This document shows, piece after piece, positions 29,999 to 42,214 of a stretch of DNA of 64,000 nt. The stretch comes from an uncultured Verrucomicrobia subdivision 3 bacterium. GTDB taxonomy: Bacteria > Verrucomicrobiota > Verrucomicrobiia > Limisphaerales > UBA11358. The stretch is from assembly GCA_903922735.1 (NCBI GenBank), contig CAIXUZ010000049.1:16636-80635 (forward strand), given 5' to 3'. Position 1 is the first letter of the stretch. Each line of letters opens with the position of its first letter. The translations under genes and the position numbers were made by a program. The notes beneath the pieces were generated by a model. That model saw nothing but the letters and a program-made list of their open reading frames with translations. It had not been told where the DNA came from and did no database searches.

Positions 29999-30111
29999 CG
30001 AATCAGACTGAAAACCAGCACTTTAGGCTAAAAAAGCGAAAAACGGGTGTTTTGGACGCATTTCCAACCCTCCGCCAGACGCCACGCGCGGGTTGGATGG
30101 GAAAGCCATCG

Positions 30112-31218
30112 TCACGCCGGCTGGGGCGCTGCCGGAGGCGGGCGATTTTCGAAGTTGAGGATGAAATGGTCGCGTTGGTCAAATATATCGTCCCAATTCG
30201 GGTCCGGATCGACATTCTTGTGAACCTGCCGTTCGTCCACGCGCGGCTCCGGCACGGTGGGCAGATAATCCACCACATACGGGCCGGGAATATGGTCGAG
30301 AAAGGAAAATTTTGTGCCCGGCCCGTGGCCCTTGGCCGTTTCCGAATCCCGGATCAGATGCGCCACCCGATGCCACGTCAGGCGGGAGGACATTTCCGGC
30401 TGGGGCGGCGGCAGCGGCACCTTGCGCTCCCATTTCTCATACGCCTCAAACATCCATTTGGCCGGCAGCCAGTGGCGGATGCGGGGAACGGCACAGGTTG
30501 GTCCGTAATGCACGTTGAAGGCCAGCGGCGGCAACTGCCGCTCGAGCGAATTCATCTCGTGGATGGTCAGGCAGGTGGTCAGGACGATTTCGTTGTCCTC
30601 CAGTTCGAACGGAAAGGCGAGAATGGATTCATTATACGGCAGGATGAACGCCAGGCCCGGCCCGACCGGCAGCGCGATGATGGGCGAACCGAAGATGACC
30701 AGCAGCAGCCACGAGAGGTGCTCCCCCACCCGGTTCGGCACCCGCGCCGTGAACCGCTGGAGCAGATGGTCCGTGAAGGCAATCTGCCGCCCCGAGATGC
30801 GGACTTCCTCAAAAAAATCCCCGCCGCCGTAAAACTTGAACCGGTGCAGCGCCCCGCGCCGCGTTTCCCGCGTGAGCTGCTGCACGATCGCCGGCCGCGT
30901 CACCAGATCGTAATCCGGCAGCGCCTGCAAGTGCAGGCCGTCCGTGCGGGCGGCGTTGAACAGGTTGCAATACAACAGCGCCGCGTGCCGGAGCATCTGC
31001 TTGTGAAAACCGTCCCCGCGCCGATCCGTGCGGGCGATGTAATCCGGCAGCGCATTGCGGAACTCCAGGTTCAGCGCCCGGTACAGCAGCGGCAGTTGCT
31101 CCGTGTGCGGAAAGAGGGAAACCTTGCCGTGCCGTTCCTCCACCACCTCGAAATTCGGGCGGAACGCAGACGCAAAAGGCACATGCTTGGGCGACGGGTT
31201 CACGGGACGCCCCAGCAT
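30112..31218 (-). CDS. Hypothetical protein
   Basis: Long ORF with host-like GC3 bias. The ORF-track extension to 31395 runs through a REP element, so the start is placed at ATG 31218 (GTG 31182 also possible). Confidence 0.72.
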   Translation of the reverse strand: MLGRPVNPSPKHVPFASAFRPNFEVVEERHGKVSLFPHTEQLPLLYRALNLEFRNALPDYIARTDRRGDGFHKQMLRHAALLYCNLFNAARTDGLHLQALPDYDLVTRPAIVQQLTRETRRGALHRFKFYGGGDFFEEVRISGRQIAFTDHLLQRFTARVPNRVGEHLSWLLLVIFGSPIIALPVGPGLAFILPYNESILAFPFELEDNEIVLTTCLTIHEMNSLERQLPPLAFNVHYGPTCAVPRIRHWLPAKWMFEAYEKWERKVPLPPPQPEMSSRLTWHRVAHLIRDSETAKGHGPGTKFSFLDHIPGPYVVDYLPTVPEPRVDERQVHKNVDPDPNWDDIFDQRDHFILNFENRPPPAAPQPA

Positions 31219-31311
31219 AAGACGGAACCGGCGAAAATGACAAGCGCGGGCGAAAGCGGTTCTATTTTCCGCCAGCCGCCGCGCCGGGGGGAAAGTTGGT
31301 GGGACGACCGT

Positions 31312-31362
31312 CCTCACCCCGGCCCTCTCCTCCGAGGAGAGGGGGAAACGGTTGCCGCCTCT
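31312..31362 (+). repeat. REP-like element
   Basis: CCTCACCCCGGCCCTCTCCTCCGAGGAGAGGGG hairpin; same family as 27951 and 62086. Confidence 0.75.
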
Positions 31363-31662
31363 GGACGATACCCGCGACGGGATTGACGATAACAACTTCC
31401 GAATGAGGCCAAACGTGAAACGTGAAATCCTCTCCTGGGGGAGAGACTTTTGTTGGTTGGGAAAGCAACAAAAGGAATTCGGCAGATCGGATCAAGGTTT
31501 TTCGGCGTTGAATGTTTCCCCGTTTCCCAGTCGGCAGCGGCCGGTGGGGAGTCAAATATCACCCGAAAACTATTTTGAGGGTTGGACCGCCATTGTCCCA
31601 CCCCCTCCGCCATGATGGAGGCGTTAATGACCGTTTAAACTATCATTGAGAAAGGATTAATC

Positions 31663-32100
31663 ATGAAAGCCAACGAGGTGTTGCGGAAGTTCTTCAAGAA
31701 GCATGGCACCAAAAAGCTCGCGGGGACGCTGGGGCTCTCGGAGCCGTTCCTCTACAAGTGGTGTCAGCCGGACGGCGGCAAGGCGTCGGGCGGCTGGAAT
31801 CCGCTGGAGCGCGTGGCGGCGCTGACGGCGGCGACGGGCGATGAGGCGTTGCTGGATCATCTCTGCGAACAGGCGGGCGGGCGCTTTGTGCGGTCGGCGG
31901 AAATGCCCACGCTCCTGCGCCGCTGGTGGACGCAACTGAAGGCGGAAATGGAAGCGCTGCTAAAAACGGAAGGCGGAAAACGGAAAGCGGAAGCTGCCTT
32001 GGAACCGGCGGGAGATTTACAATGCCAACCGGGAGGTTTTAGGTGCCGGCATCGTTTGCCCGGCGGGCGGTGCGGTTTCAGGGAGGCGCAACGGAATTAA
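31663..32100 (+). CDS. HTH DNA-binding protein, phage regulatory CII-like
   Basis: KKLAGTLGLSEPFLYKWCQP (HTH-like) followed by NPLERVAAL..ATGD..LL..LC..AGG.F; AAAGGA RBS upstream. Family recognised from memory. Confidence 0.65.
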   Translation: MKANEVLRKFFKKHGTKKLAGTLGLSEPFLYKWCQPDGGKASGGWNPLERVAALTAATGDEALLDHLCEQAGGRFVRSAEMPTLLRRWWTQLKAEMEALLKTEGGKRKAEAALEPAGDLQCQPGGFRCRHRLPGGRCGFREAQRN

Positions 32101-32174
32101 TCGCCAAGGCCGGCCGGAAGCCGAGCGGACATGGTGGGCGGGTCAAATGCCCGCCGGAGATTTGGGGCGGGTGG

Positions 32175-33647
32175 TCAGGCTTGGCGCCACTCAGCCAGTT
32201 GTTTTTCCCAGCGATGATTAAGGGCGACGAGCTGCGCGTGAAAACTACTGGCCGAGGAGATCGGTTTCATGGGCAACAACCAGCGGAAGCCAATCTCAGC
32301 AAGCCGGGCGCAAAGGTCCGGTGCCAATTGTCGGTATTTATGCCGGCGGCGCTGCGTATAAACCCAGTGGCCCAGGGAAGGATCTGGCGGATAATCGTAG
32401 GGGACATGACAGTGGCCGTGAGCGGCTTTGAAGGCGATGAGTTTGGCCCAGTTCACTTCCCATCGTTCCCGGCCGATGAGTTGAATATCCCAGTCAAAGC
32501 CGATTGCTTCCAGACGCTGGCGGCGATCCGGGCGGAGGCGCTGGAGCCGGGCGTCGCGTCGCTGCCGGATAACCCAGGCCCCCAACTGTTGCAAAGGGAT
32601 ATGATGGCGCGGAACCCGGCAATGGCCGTGCTGTTTTTTGTATTCGACCAACTCCGCCAGTTTTGCGTCCCACTGCCGGTCCAGCGCAGCCAGGTGTTGC
32701 TGGAAGGAGGCGATGAGGGCGTCGCGCCGGTAGCGGTTGTCCCACTTGAAGCCGATTTGTTCCAAGCGAGCGATGCGGTCCGGCTTGAGTTTGCCGTGAT
32801 TGCGAAAGCTGCGCTGATTGGACACCCAGTGGGCGAAGAGCGGGTCTTCGGGCCAATGGCCGTGAACATCGCAGTGGCCGAAGCGGGCCTTGAAGTCAAC
32901 GAGCTGGGCAAAGCGCTTCTCCCAACCAGAAAACTGCAACTGGTGTCCCGTCCAGTCAAAGCCGATTTCATCCAAACGCTGGCGCTGTTCCGGCGAGAGC
33001 TGGTGGTGCCGGGATTTTACCCGCTGGCGAATCATCCATTTGTGCAGGCGGCCAGCGTAGCCATCCTTTTTTCCAACCCGGCAATGCCCCTGTTGATTTT
33101 TGAAAGCGACGAGGTTGGCAAACTGGGCGTTCCACAGGGCATCACGAGCGGTGATCCGGCCTCGAAGGGATGGCATCGGAGCCGCCTGACCAAGGAGAGG
33201 ATGCCAGCGGAAACCCAGTTGATCGAGCCGGTCAACGCGGTCCTGAAGAAGCCGTTTCTGATTGCGAAAACTGCGCTGGTTGGAAACCCAATGGGCGAAG
33301 CATCGGTCTTCGGGCCAATGGCTGGGAACATCGCAGTGAGCATACTTTTTTTTGAAAGCCACGAGCTGGGTAAAGCGCTTCTCCCAACGCTGTTCGTTGG
33401 ACATAATAGGACTGGACGGAGAGCGGGGTTGGACCTGAGCGAATACGCCCAAAACATCAAGCCGGCGGATTTGTTCAGGACTCAATCGGCCGACCACCCA
33501 GGCAAGACGCTGCTGCATCAGCCAATACGAGAGGCTGTCCGGGCGCGGATTGTGCGGGACGTCACAATGATGGTGAAAACGGAAAAAAATGCACAGCCTT
33601 CTAAACATCTTTTTCCATGACAGTGGAATCGACCGGTTCGCTTGCAT
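32175..33647 (-). CDS. Stand-alone helicase-associated (HA) repeat protein
   Basis: Six W...(F/L)..L..FK...GHC.VP.......L..WV..QR......L...R..RL..IGF.W units (the first degenerate) plus a truncated seventh; no helicase motifs. Confidence 0.85.
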   Translation of the reverse strand: MQANRSIPLSWKKMFRRLCIFFRFHHHCDVPHNPRPDSLSYWLMQQRLAWVVGRLSPEQIRRLDVLGVFAQVQPRSPSSPIMSNEQRWEKRFTQLVAFKKKYAHCDVPSHWPEDRCFAHWVSNQRSFRNQKRLLQDRVDRLDQLGFRWHPLLGQAAPMPSLRGRITARDALWNAQFANLVAFKNQQGHCRVGKKDGYAGRLHKWMIRQRVKSRHHQLSPEQRQRLDEIGFDWTGHQLQFSGWEKRFAQLVDFKARFGHCDVHGHWPEDPLFAHWVSNQRSFRNHGKLKPDRIARLEQIGFKWDNRYRRDALIASFQQHLAALDRQWDAKLAELVEYKKQHGHCRVPRHHIPLQQLGAWVIRQRRDARLQRLRPDRRQRLEAIGFDWDIQLIGRERWEVNWAKLIAFKAAHGHCHVPYDYPPDPSLGHWVYTQRRRHKYRQLAPDLCARLAEIGFRWLLPMKPISSASSFHAQLVALNHRWEKQLAEWRQA

Positions 33648-33844
33648 ACGATAGCGCGGGAGACTGAAAATCAGCTTAACGCCGGCAGTATGACTAAGAA
33701 TGACTAAAATTGCGAAATGAACAACGGAAATTGCCCAGCCGTCCGCACCGGTTGCATCCGCCTCAAACGGCGGTCAGCCCATTGCCAACCAGTACGACCC
33801 GCAGATTTAACCCAGATCGGGTTTTCCACAACCAACGCTGCACC

Positions 33845-33864
33845 TTTGCCAAAATAGGGCAAGT
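33845..33864 (+). promoter_or_regulatory. Putative regulator site TTTGCCAAAA upstream of nifJ
   Basis: TTTGCCAAAATAGGGCAAGT compared with TTTGCCAAAAGTAGAGAAGT at 23435. Confidence 0.45.
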
Positions 33865-33958
33865 CTCACCCCCTTTGGGCGGCTAGATTGTCTCCGCAAT
33901 GACCGCGCCGGACAATCCGGCCGGACATTCAAGCCAACCAACCACCAACGACATTTTT

Positions 33959-37567
<3,609 letters not shown>

Positions 37568-37590
37568 TCAACACTTAACGAAATAAAATT

Positions 37591-38589
37591 ATGGATCTCA
37601 CCACCAATTATCTCGGCCTGAAACTGCGTACGCCGCTGGTTGTCTCAGCCTCGCCGCTGTCGGAAGACATTGACAACCTCAAGCGCATGGAAGATGCCGG
37701 CGCGTCGGCCGTGGTCCTGTATTCGCTGTTCGAAGAACAGTTGCGCCAGGACCGGCTGGAGATGCATCAACGACTGGAGCACGGCACGGAAAGTTTTGCC
37801 GAAGCGCTCTCGTATTTCCCGGAGCCGGACGAATTCAAACTCGGCCCGGAGGAATATCTGAAGCACATCGCCGCCGCCAAAAAAGCGACGCGCCTGCCCA
37901 TCATCGCGAGCCTCAACGGCTCGTCCGTCGGCGGCTGGACAGAATACGCCAAGAAAATTCAGCAAGCCGGTGCGGATGCGCTGGAGCTGAACATCTATTA
38001 CATCCCGACGGACATGAACCTCACCGGCACGGAAGTGGAGATGACCTATCTCGACATCCTGAAATCCGTGAAGGCGAATGTCTCCATTCCCGTGGCGGTC
38101 AAGCTGAGTCCGTTCTTCAGCAACTTTGCCAACATGGCGAAGCGGCTGGACCAGGCGGGCGCGAATGGACTGGTGCTGTTCAACCGATTTTACCAGCCGG
38201 ACATCGAACTGGAATCGCTGGAGGTGAAGCCGAACATCCTGTTGAGCACGCCGATGGCCATGCGCCTGCCGTTGCGCTGGATCGCGCTGCTGCATGGCCG
38301 GGTGAACGCCAGCCTGGCCGCCACCAGCGGCATCCATCGCGCGTCGGATGCGCTGAAAATGCTGATGGTGGGCGCGGATGTGACCATGCTTTGCTCCACC
38401 CTGCTCCGCCACGGCATCCCGCAAATCACCGCCATCGAACGCGAACTGACGGCGTGGCTGACCGAGCATGAATACGAATCGGTCAGCCAGCTGAAAGGCA
38501 GTTTGAGCCAGAAGAAATGCCCTGAACCGGCGGCTTTTGAACGGGCGCAATACATGAAAGCGCTGACCGGCTACACCGCGGAGCGTTGA
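37591..38589 (+). CDS. Dihydroorotate dehydrogenase-like flavoprotein (nifJ-associated type)
   Basis: [73 protein letters not shown]. Confidence 0.9.
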   Translation: MDLTTNYLGLKLRTPLVVSASPLSEDIDNLKRMEDAGASAVVLYSLFEEQLRQDRLEMHQRLEHGTESFAEALSYFPEPDEFKLGPEEYLKHIAAAKKATRLPIIASLNGSSVGGWTEYAKKIQQAGADALELNIYYIPTDMNLTGTEVEMTYLDILKSVKANVSIPVAVKLSPFFSNFANMAKRLDQAGANGLVLFNRFYQPDIELESLEVKPNILLSTPMAMRLPLRWIALLHGRVNASLAATSGIHRASDALKMLMVGADVTMLCSTLLRHGIPQITAIERELTAWLTEHEYESVSQLKGSLSQKKCPEPAAFERAQYMKALTGYTAER

Positions 38590-38611
38590 AAAGAAGGCAT
38601 ATTTACCAAAC

Positions 38612-38645
38612 AAAAAACCAGACTCCCAGCGGAGTCTGGTTTTTT
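38612..38645. terminator. Bidirectional terminator
   Basis: AAAAAA-CCAGACTCC-CAGC-GGAGTCTGG-TTTTTT between convergent genes. Confidence 0.88.
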
Positions 38646-38659
38646 ATTGAAAATATTTT

Positions 38660-39574
38660 TTAGAACACTTCCGTGCGGAGACCGGTCACTTGACGGACGG
38701 TTTGCGCGATTTGAGAAAGCACCCGTAACGGCAGATGACCGCATTCGGCATTGATGCCAGGCCGGGCGGCGGAATAGATTTGCACCAGTGAAATCTGGGC
38801 GCCGCCGGCTTTGAGTTCTTTCAAGCGCAACGCATATTCATTGATTTCTTCAAACGGCGGCTCTTCCCCGTGGATGGCGGGAAACAAACTTTGGATGACC
38901 ACCGGGCGCAGACGGCCGACGAGCAAAATATTGGCCAGAATTTTTTCCAACGGCACGTTGGGACTGTTGACCAAATCGATAAAGCCCTGCGTCCCGCCGT
39001 CGAGCTTGATCCAGATTTCATCCGACTTGGTCAGATGTTCGAGCCCGCGCAGAATCAGCGGCTGGTCCAGACCGGTTCCGTTCGTGATCAAAACAATTTT
39101 AAAAAATCCGCCCAAGGCGCGCACCCGCACCACCGCTTCGACGGCTTCAACAAAATCCGGCGCCAGCGTCGGCTCGCCATCGCCACTCAAGGCCACCTGG
39201 CGCAGCCGGAGCAATTCGGACGGCAGGGAATGAAACCACGGACGCTCGACCAGATGCCCCGTCTGAACGCAGGCAAGGGTTTTGCGCAACTCCATGGCCA
39301 TGACATCGACATCCAGTTTACTTTCACGGGATGGCGGGCGACGGTCCACCTCACAGTAGTTGCATTTGAAGTTGCAATATTTGTCGGGGTTCATGTTAAC
39401 CCCCACCGACAAGCCGCCAGCCCGGGAAGAAATCACGGCATAAACAAACCGGTTCCCAAGAAAATCCCGGGGGCGATCAAAGGCAGTTTCCCGCGACGCA
39501 ACATGAAAAGAACCATTGGTCTTTTTCCGGTCGGCCGTTTCAACATTCAAGGCATGCGTTGATAACTGCGTCAT
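38660..39574 (-). CDS. Radical SAM protein
   Basis: CNFKCNYC (CxxxCxxC), SGDGEPT, LITNGT, WIKLDGG. Confidence 0.88.
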   Translation of the reverse strand: MTQLSTHALNVETADRKKTNGSFHVASRETAFDRPRDFLGNRFVYAVISSRAGGLSVGVNMNPDKYCNFKCNYCEVDRRPPSRESKLDVDVMAMELRKTLACVQTGHLVERPWFHSLPSELLRLRQVALSGDGEPTLAPDFVEAVEAVVRVRALGGFFKIVLITNGTGLDQPLILRGLEHLTKSDEIWIKLDGGTQGFIDLVNSPNVPLEKILANILLVGRLRPVVIQSLFPAIHGEEPPFEEINEYALRLKELKAGGAQISLVQIYSAARPGINAECGHLPLRVLSQIAQTVRQVTGLRTEVF

Positions 39575-39705
39575 AAATCCGCCCTAAAACTAAGCCCGAA
39601 ACCCGCATCAAACCACACCCTGATTGCTCAACTTGAGACAATTTTTGCGGCCGTTAAAAGACATTTTACTGACGACAATAAGCGATCGCCGACCCGAAAT
39701 AAAAA

Positions 39706-40749
39706 TCAGCAAATGCGCGGCAACTGCTCGCCGCTCGGCATATCGAGGATCCGGCTCACGCCCAGCTCGCTCTTGAGCGTCACCAGCGGCGCGGATTTTT
39801 CCACGACGCGGCCAATGAGCGATGCCTGCGCGGCAACCTCGGTGCCGCGCAATATTTGCAGCGCGCGCGCCGCATCCGGCGCGGCAACAAACGCCACGAA
39901 CCGGCCTTCGTTGGCAACGTGCAACGGATCCAGGCCCAGCAGCTCGCAAGCGGCGTGAACATCTTCACGCACCGGGATGAGTTTCGATTCAACGGCAATT
40001 TTCACCCCGGCCGACTCAGCAATTTCGTTCAATGCGCTGGCCAACCCACCACGGGTCAAATCACGCAAACAGTGGATTTCAATGCCGCTTTGCAGCAGCT
40101 CAAGGACCGGCACGTGAACCGGCGCGGAATCGCTTTCAATGGTCGTGTCAAATTGCAGACCTTCGCGCACGGCCATGATCGCCATGCCATGCCGACCGAG
40201 ATCACCGCTCACGATCACCGCGTCGCCCGGCCGGACATTTTGCGGGGAAATATTTTGTTCGTGTTCAATGACGCCGATTCCCGTCGTATTGATGAACAGT
40301 CCGTCGCCCTTGCCCTTGTCCACGACTTTCGTGTCACCCGTGACGATTTGCACCCGGCATTGATTCGCCGCGTCGCGCATCGAACACACCACGCGCCACA
40401 GCGTTTCCATCGGCAGCCCTTCCTCGATGATGAAGCCGCAACTCAAATACAGGGGGCGCGCGCCGCTCATCGCCAGATCGTTCACGGTGCCGTGAATGGC
40501 CATGGAACCAATATCGCCGCCAGGGAAAAAGATGGGGCGCACAACGTAAGAATCCGTTGTCATCGCCAGCCGCCCCGGCGGCACGGTGAACTGCGCCGAA
40601 TCATGCCGCGTATCGAGAATCGGATTGCTGAACGCCCGGCCGAAAACTTCTTCGAGCAACCGGTGCATCAGCGTGCCGCCACCGCCGTGCGCCATCAGGA
40701 CGTGCGGATACCGGGAGATGGGAATTGGACAAATGGGATTGAACTCCAT
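39706..40749 (-). CDS. hypE: Hydrogenase maturation protein HypE
   Basis: [52 protein letters not shown]-terminal QLPRIC. Confidence 0.97.
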   Translation of the reverse strand: MEFNPICPIPISRYPHVLMAHGGGGTLMHRLLEEVFGRAFSNPILDTRHDSAQFTVPPGRLAMTTDSYVVRPIFFPGGDIGSMAIHGTVNDLAMSGARPLYLSCGFIIEEGLPMETLWRVVCSMRDAANQCRVQIVTGDTKVVDKGKGDGLFINTTGIGVIEHEQNISPQNVRPGDAVIVSGDLGRHGMAIMAVREGLQFDTTIESDSAPVHVPVLELLQSGIEIHCLRDLTRGGLASALNEIAESAGVKIAVESKLIPVREDVHAACELLGLDPLHVANEGRFVAFVAAPDAARALQILRGTEVAAQASLIGRVVEKSAPLVTLKSELGVSRILDMPSGEQLPRIC

Positions 40750-40761
40750 AAAAGTCAAAAA

Positions 40762-40858
40762 TGAAAACATTCAACATTCAACGCCCAACACCCAACAACC
40801 TGGCGATATGCAGCTTTTGATCGATCGAAGTTGAATGCTGAATGTTGAGTGTTTTTCA
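40762..40858. repeat. Inverted pair of heptamer microsatellites between hypD and hypE
   Basis: AACATTC-AACATTC-AACGCCC-AACACCC facing GTTGAAT-GCTGAAT-GTTGAGT-GTTTTTCA. Confidence 0.75.
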
Positions 40859-40866
40859 CAGTTGGA

Positions 40867-41955
40867 TCAGTTATGCCGGCGATACCGGTAATACGCCGCG
40901 CACGCGCCTTCGCTGGAAACCATCGTCGCGCCGAGCGGATGTTCCGGCGTGCATTTCGCGCCGAACGCCGGGCATTCATGCGGCTTCAGCAAACCTTGTA
41001 AAATCAAGCCGGACTTGCACTCCGCCGGTTCATCCACGTGCCGATCAGCCAGGCCAAATCGCTGCTCCGCGTCAAACGCCGCATACTCGCCAGCCAAGCC
41101 GAGGCCGCTCTGGGGAATTTCGCCGACGCCGCGCCATTTACGAGGAACGACCTGAAAAACTTTTTTCATCAACGCCTGCGCGGGCAGGTTGCCGGCGCGG
41201 CAGACGGAGCGGGAGTATTGATTCTCCACTTCCGCCTGACCGGATTCCAGTTGCTGCACGACCATCAGGATCCCATGCAGAATGTCCAGCGGCTCGAAAC
41301 CGGCGACAACGATCGGCACGCGATATTTTTTCACGAGGGGGAAATACTCCTCGTAGCCCATCACCGTGCAGACGTGGCCGGCAGCGAGAAACGCCTGCAC
41401 CCGGCAGTCCGGCGACGACATCAAGGCTTCAATTGCGGGCGGCACCAGGACGTGCGAAATCAGCATCGAAAAATTCTTCAGCTTTTTCTGCGCCGCCTGA
41501 TACCCCGCCATCGCGGTCGCCGGAGCGGTGGTTTCAAAGCCAACACCGAAGAAAACGACTTCGCGCGCCGGATTTTCCTCCGCCAGTTTTACGGCATCCA
41601 GCGGCGAATAAACAATGCGCACGTCACCGCCCCGGGCTTTTACGGAAAGCAAATCCGTGGTGCTGCCCGGCACGCGCAGCATGTCGCCGAACGACGTAAA
41701 TATCACCTGGGGCCGGGCGGCGATTTCCAGCGCCTTGTCAATCATCTCCAGCGGCGTCACGCAGACCGGACACCCCGGCCCGTGAATCAGTTCGATTTGC
41801 TTCGGCAGCAGCTCATCGATGCCAAATTTGACGATGGCGTGCGTCTGCCCACCACAAACTTCCATGATCGTCCACGGCTTGGTCGTAAGGCGACGGATTT
41901 CCAGCGCGAACTTCTGCGCTAGATCCGCGTCGCGGTATTCGTCGAGAAATTTCAC
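40867..41955 (-). CDS. hypD: Hydrogenase formation protein HypD
   Basis: [34 protein letters not shown]; GTG start. Confidence 0.97.
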   Translation of the reverse strand: MKFLDEYRDADLAQKFALEIRRLTTKPWTIMEVCGGQTHAIVKFGIDELLPKQIELIHGPGCPVCVTPLEMIDKALEIAARPQVIFTSFGDMLRVPGSTTDLLSVKARGGDVRIVYSPLDAVKLAEENPAREVVFFGVGFETTAPATAMAGYQAAQKKLKNFSMLISHVLVPPAIEALMSSPDCRVQAFLAAGHVCTVMGYEEYFPLVKKYRVPIVVAGFEPLDILHGILMVVQQLESGQAEVENQYSRSVCRAGNLPAQALMKKVFQVVPRKWRGVGEIPQSGLGLAGEYAAFDAEQRFGLADRHVDEPAECKSGLILQGLLKPHECPAFGAKCTPEHPLGATMVSSEGACAAYYRYRRHN

Positions 41956-41957
41956 GA

Positions 41958-42209
41958 CTAAACTCGCTCCTCCAGTTCGCCGAGCTCGCCGATCTGTTTC
42001 AAATATTCAAAAACTTTTTGCGCCTCAGCCTCATCCACCTTGCTCAAGGCGAAACCGACGTGAACGATGACGTAATCGCCGATCCGCACCTCCGGCACGT
42101 AGGCAAGGCTCGCCAATTTGATGACGCCGGAGAAATCAATCTTGCCCATGCGCGTCAGCGCGTCGTCACCGCTGATGCTCACGACTTTTCCAGGAATGGC
42201 CAGGCACAT
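41958..42209 (-). CDS. hypC: Hydrogenase chaperone HypC
   Basis: MCLAIPG...[11 protein letters not shown]. Confidence 0.97.
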   Translation of the reverse strand: MCLAIPGKVVSISGDDALTRMGKIDFSGVIKLASLAYVPEVRIGDYVIVHVGFALSKVDEAEAQKVFEYLKQIGELGELEERV

Positions 42210-42214
42210 ATAAT

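Noticed and set aside
30052-33620. Plus-strand ORFs 30052..31386 and 32043..33620
   Set aside because: Antisense to better-supported minus-strand genes (orphan and HA-repeat protein), with shadow-like composition.
26330-33800. Prophage
   Set aside because: Only a CII-like HTH gene; no integrase, terminase, capsid, tail or att repeats recognised.
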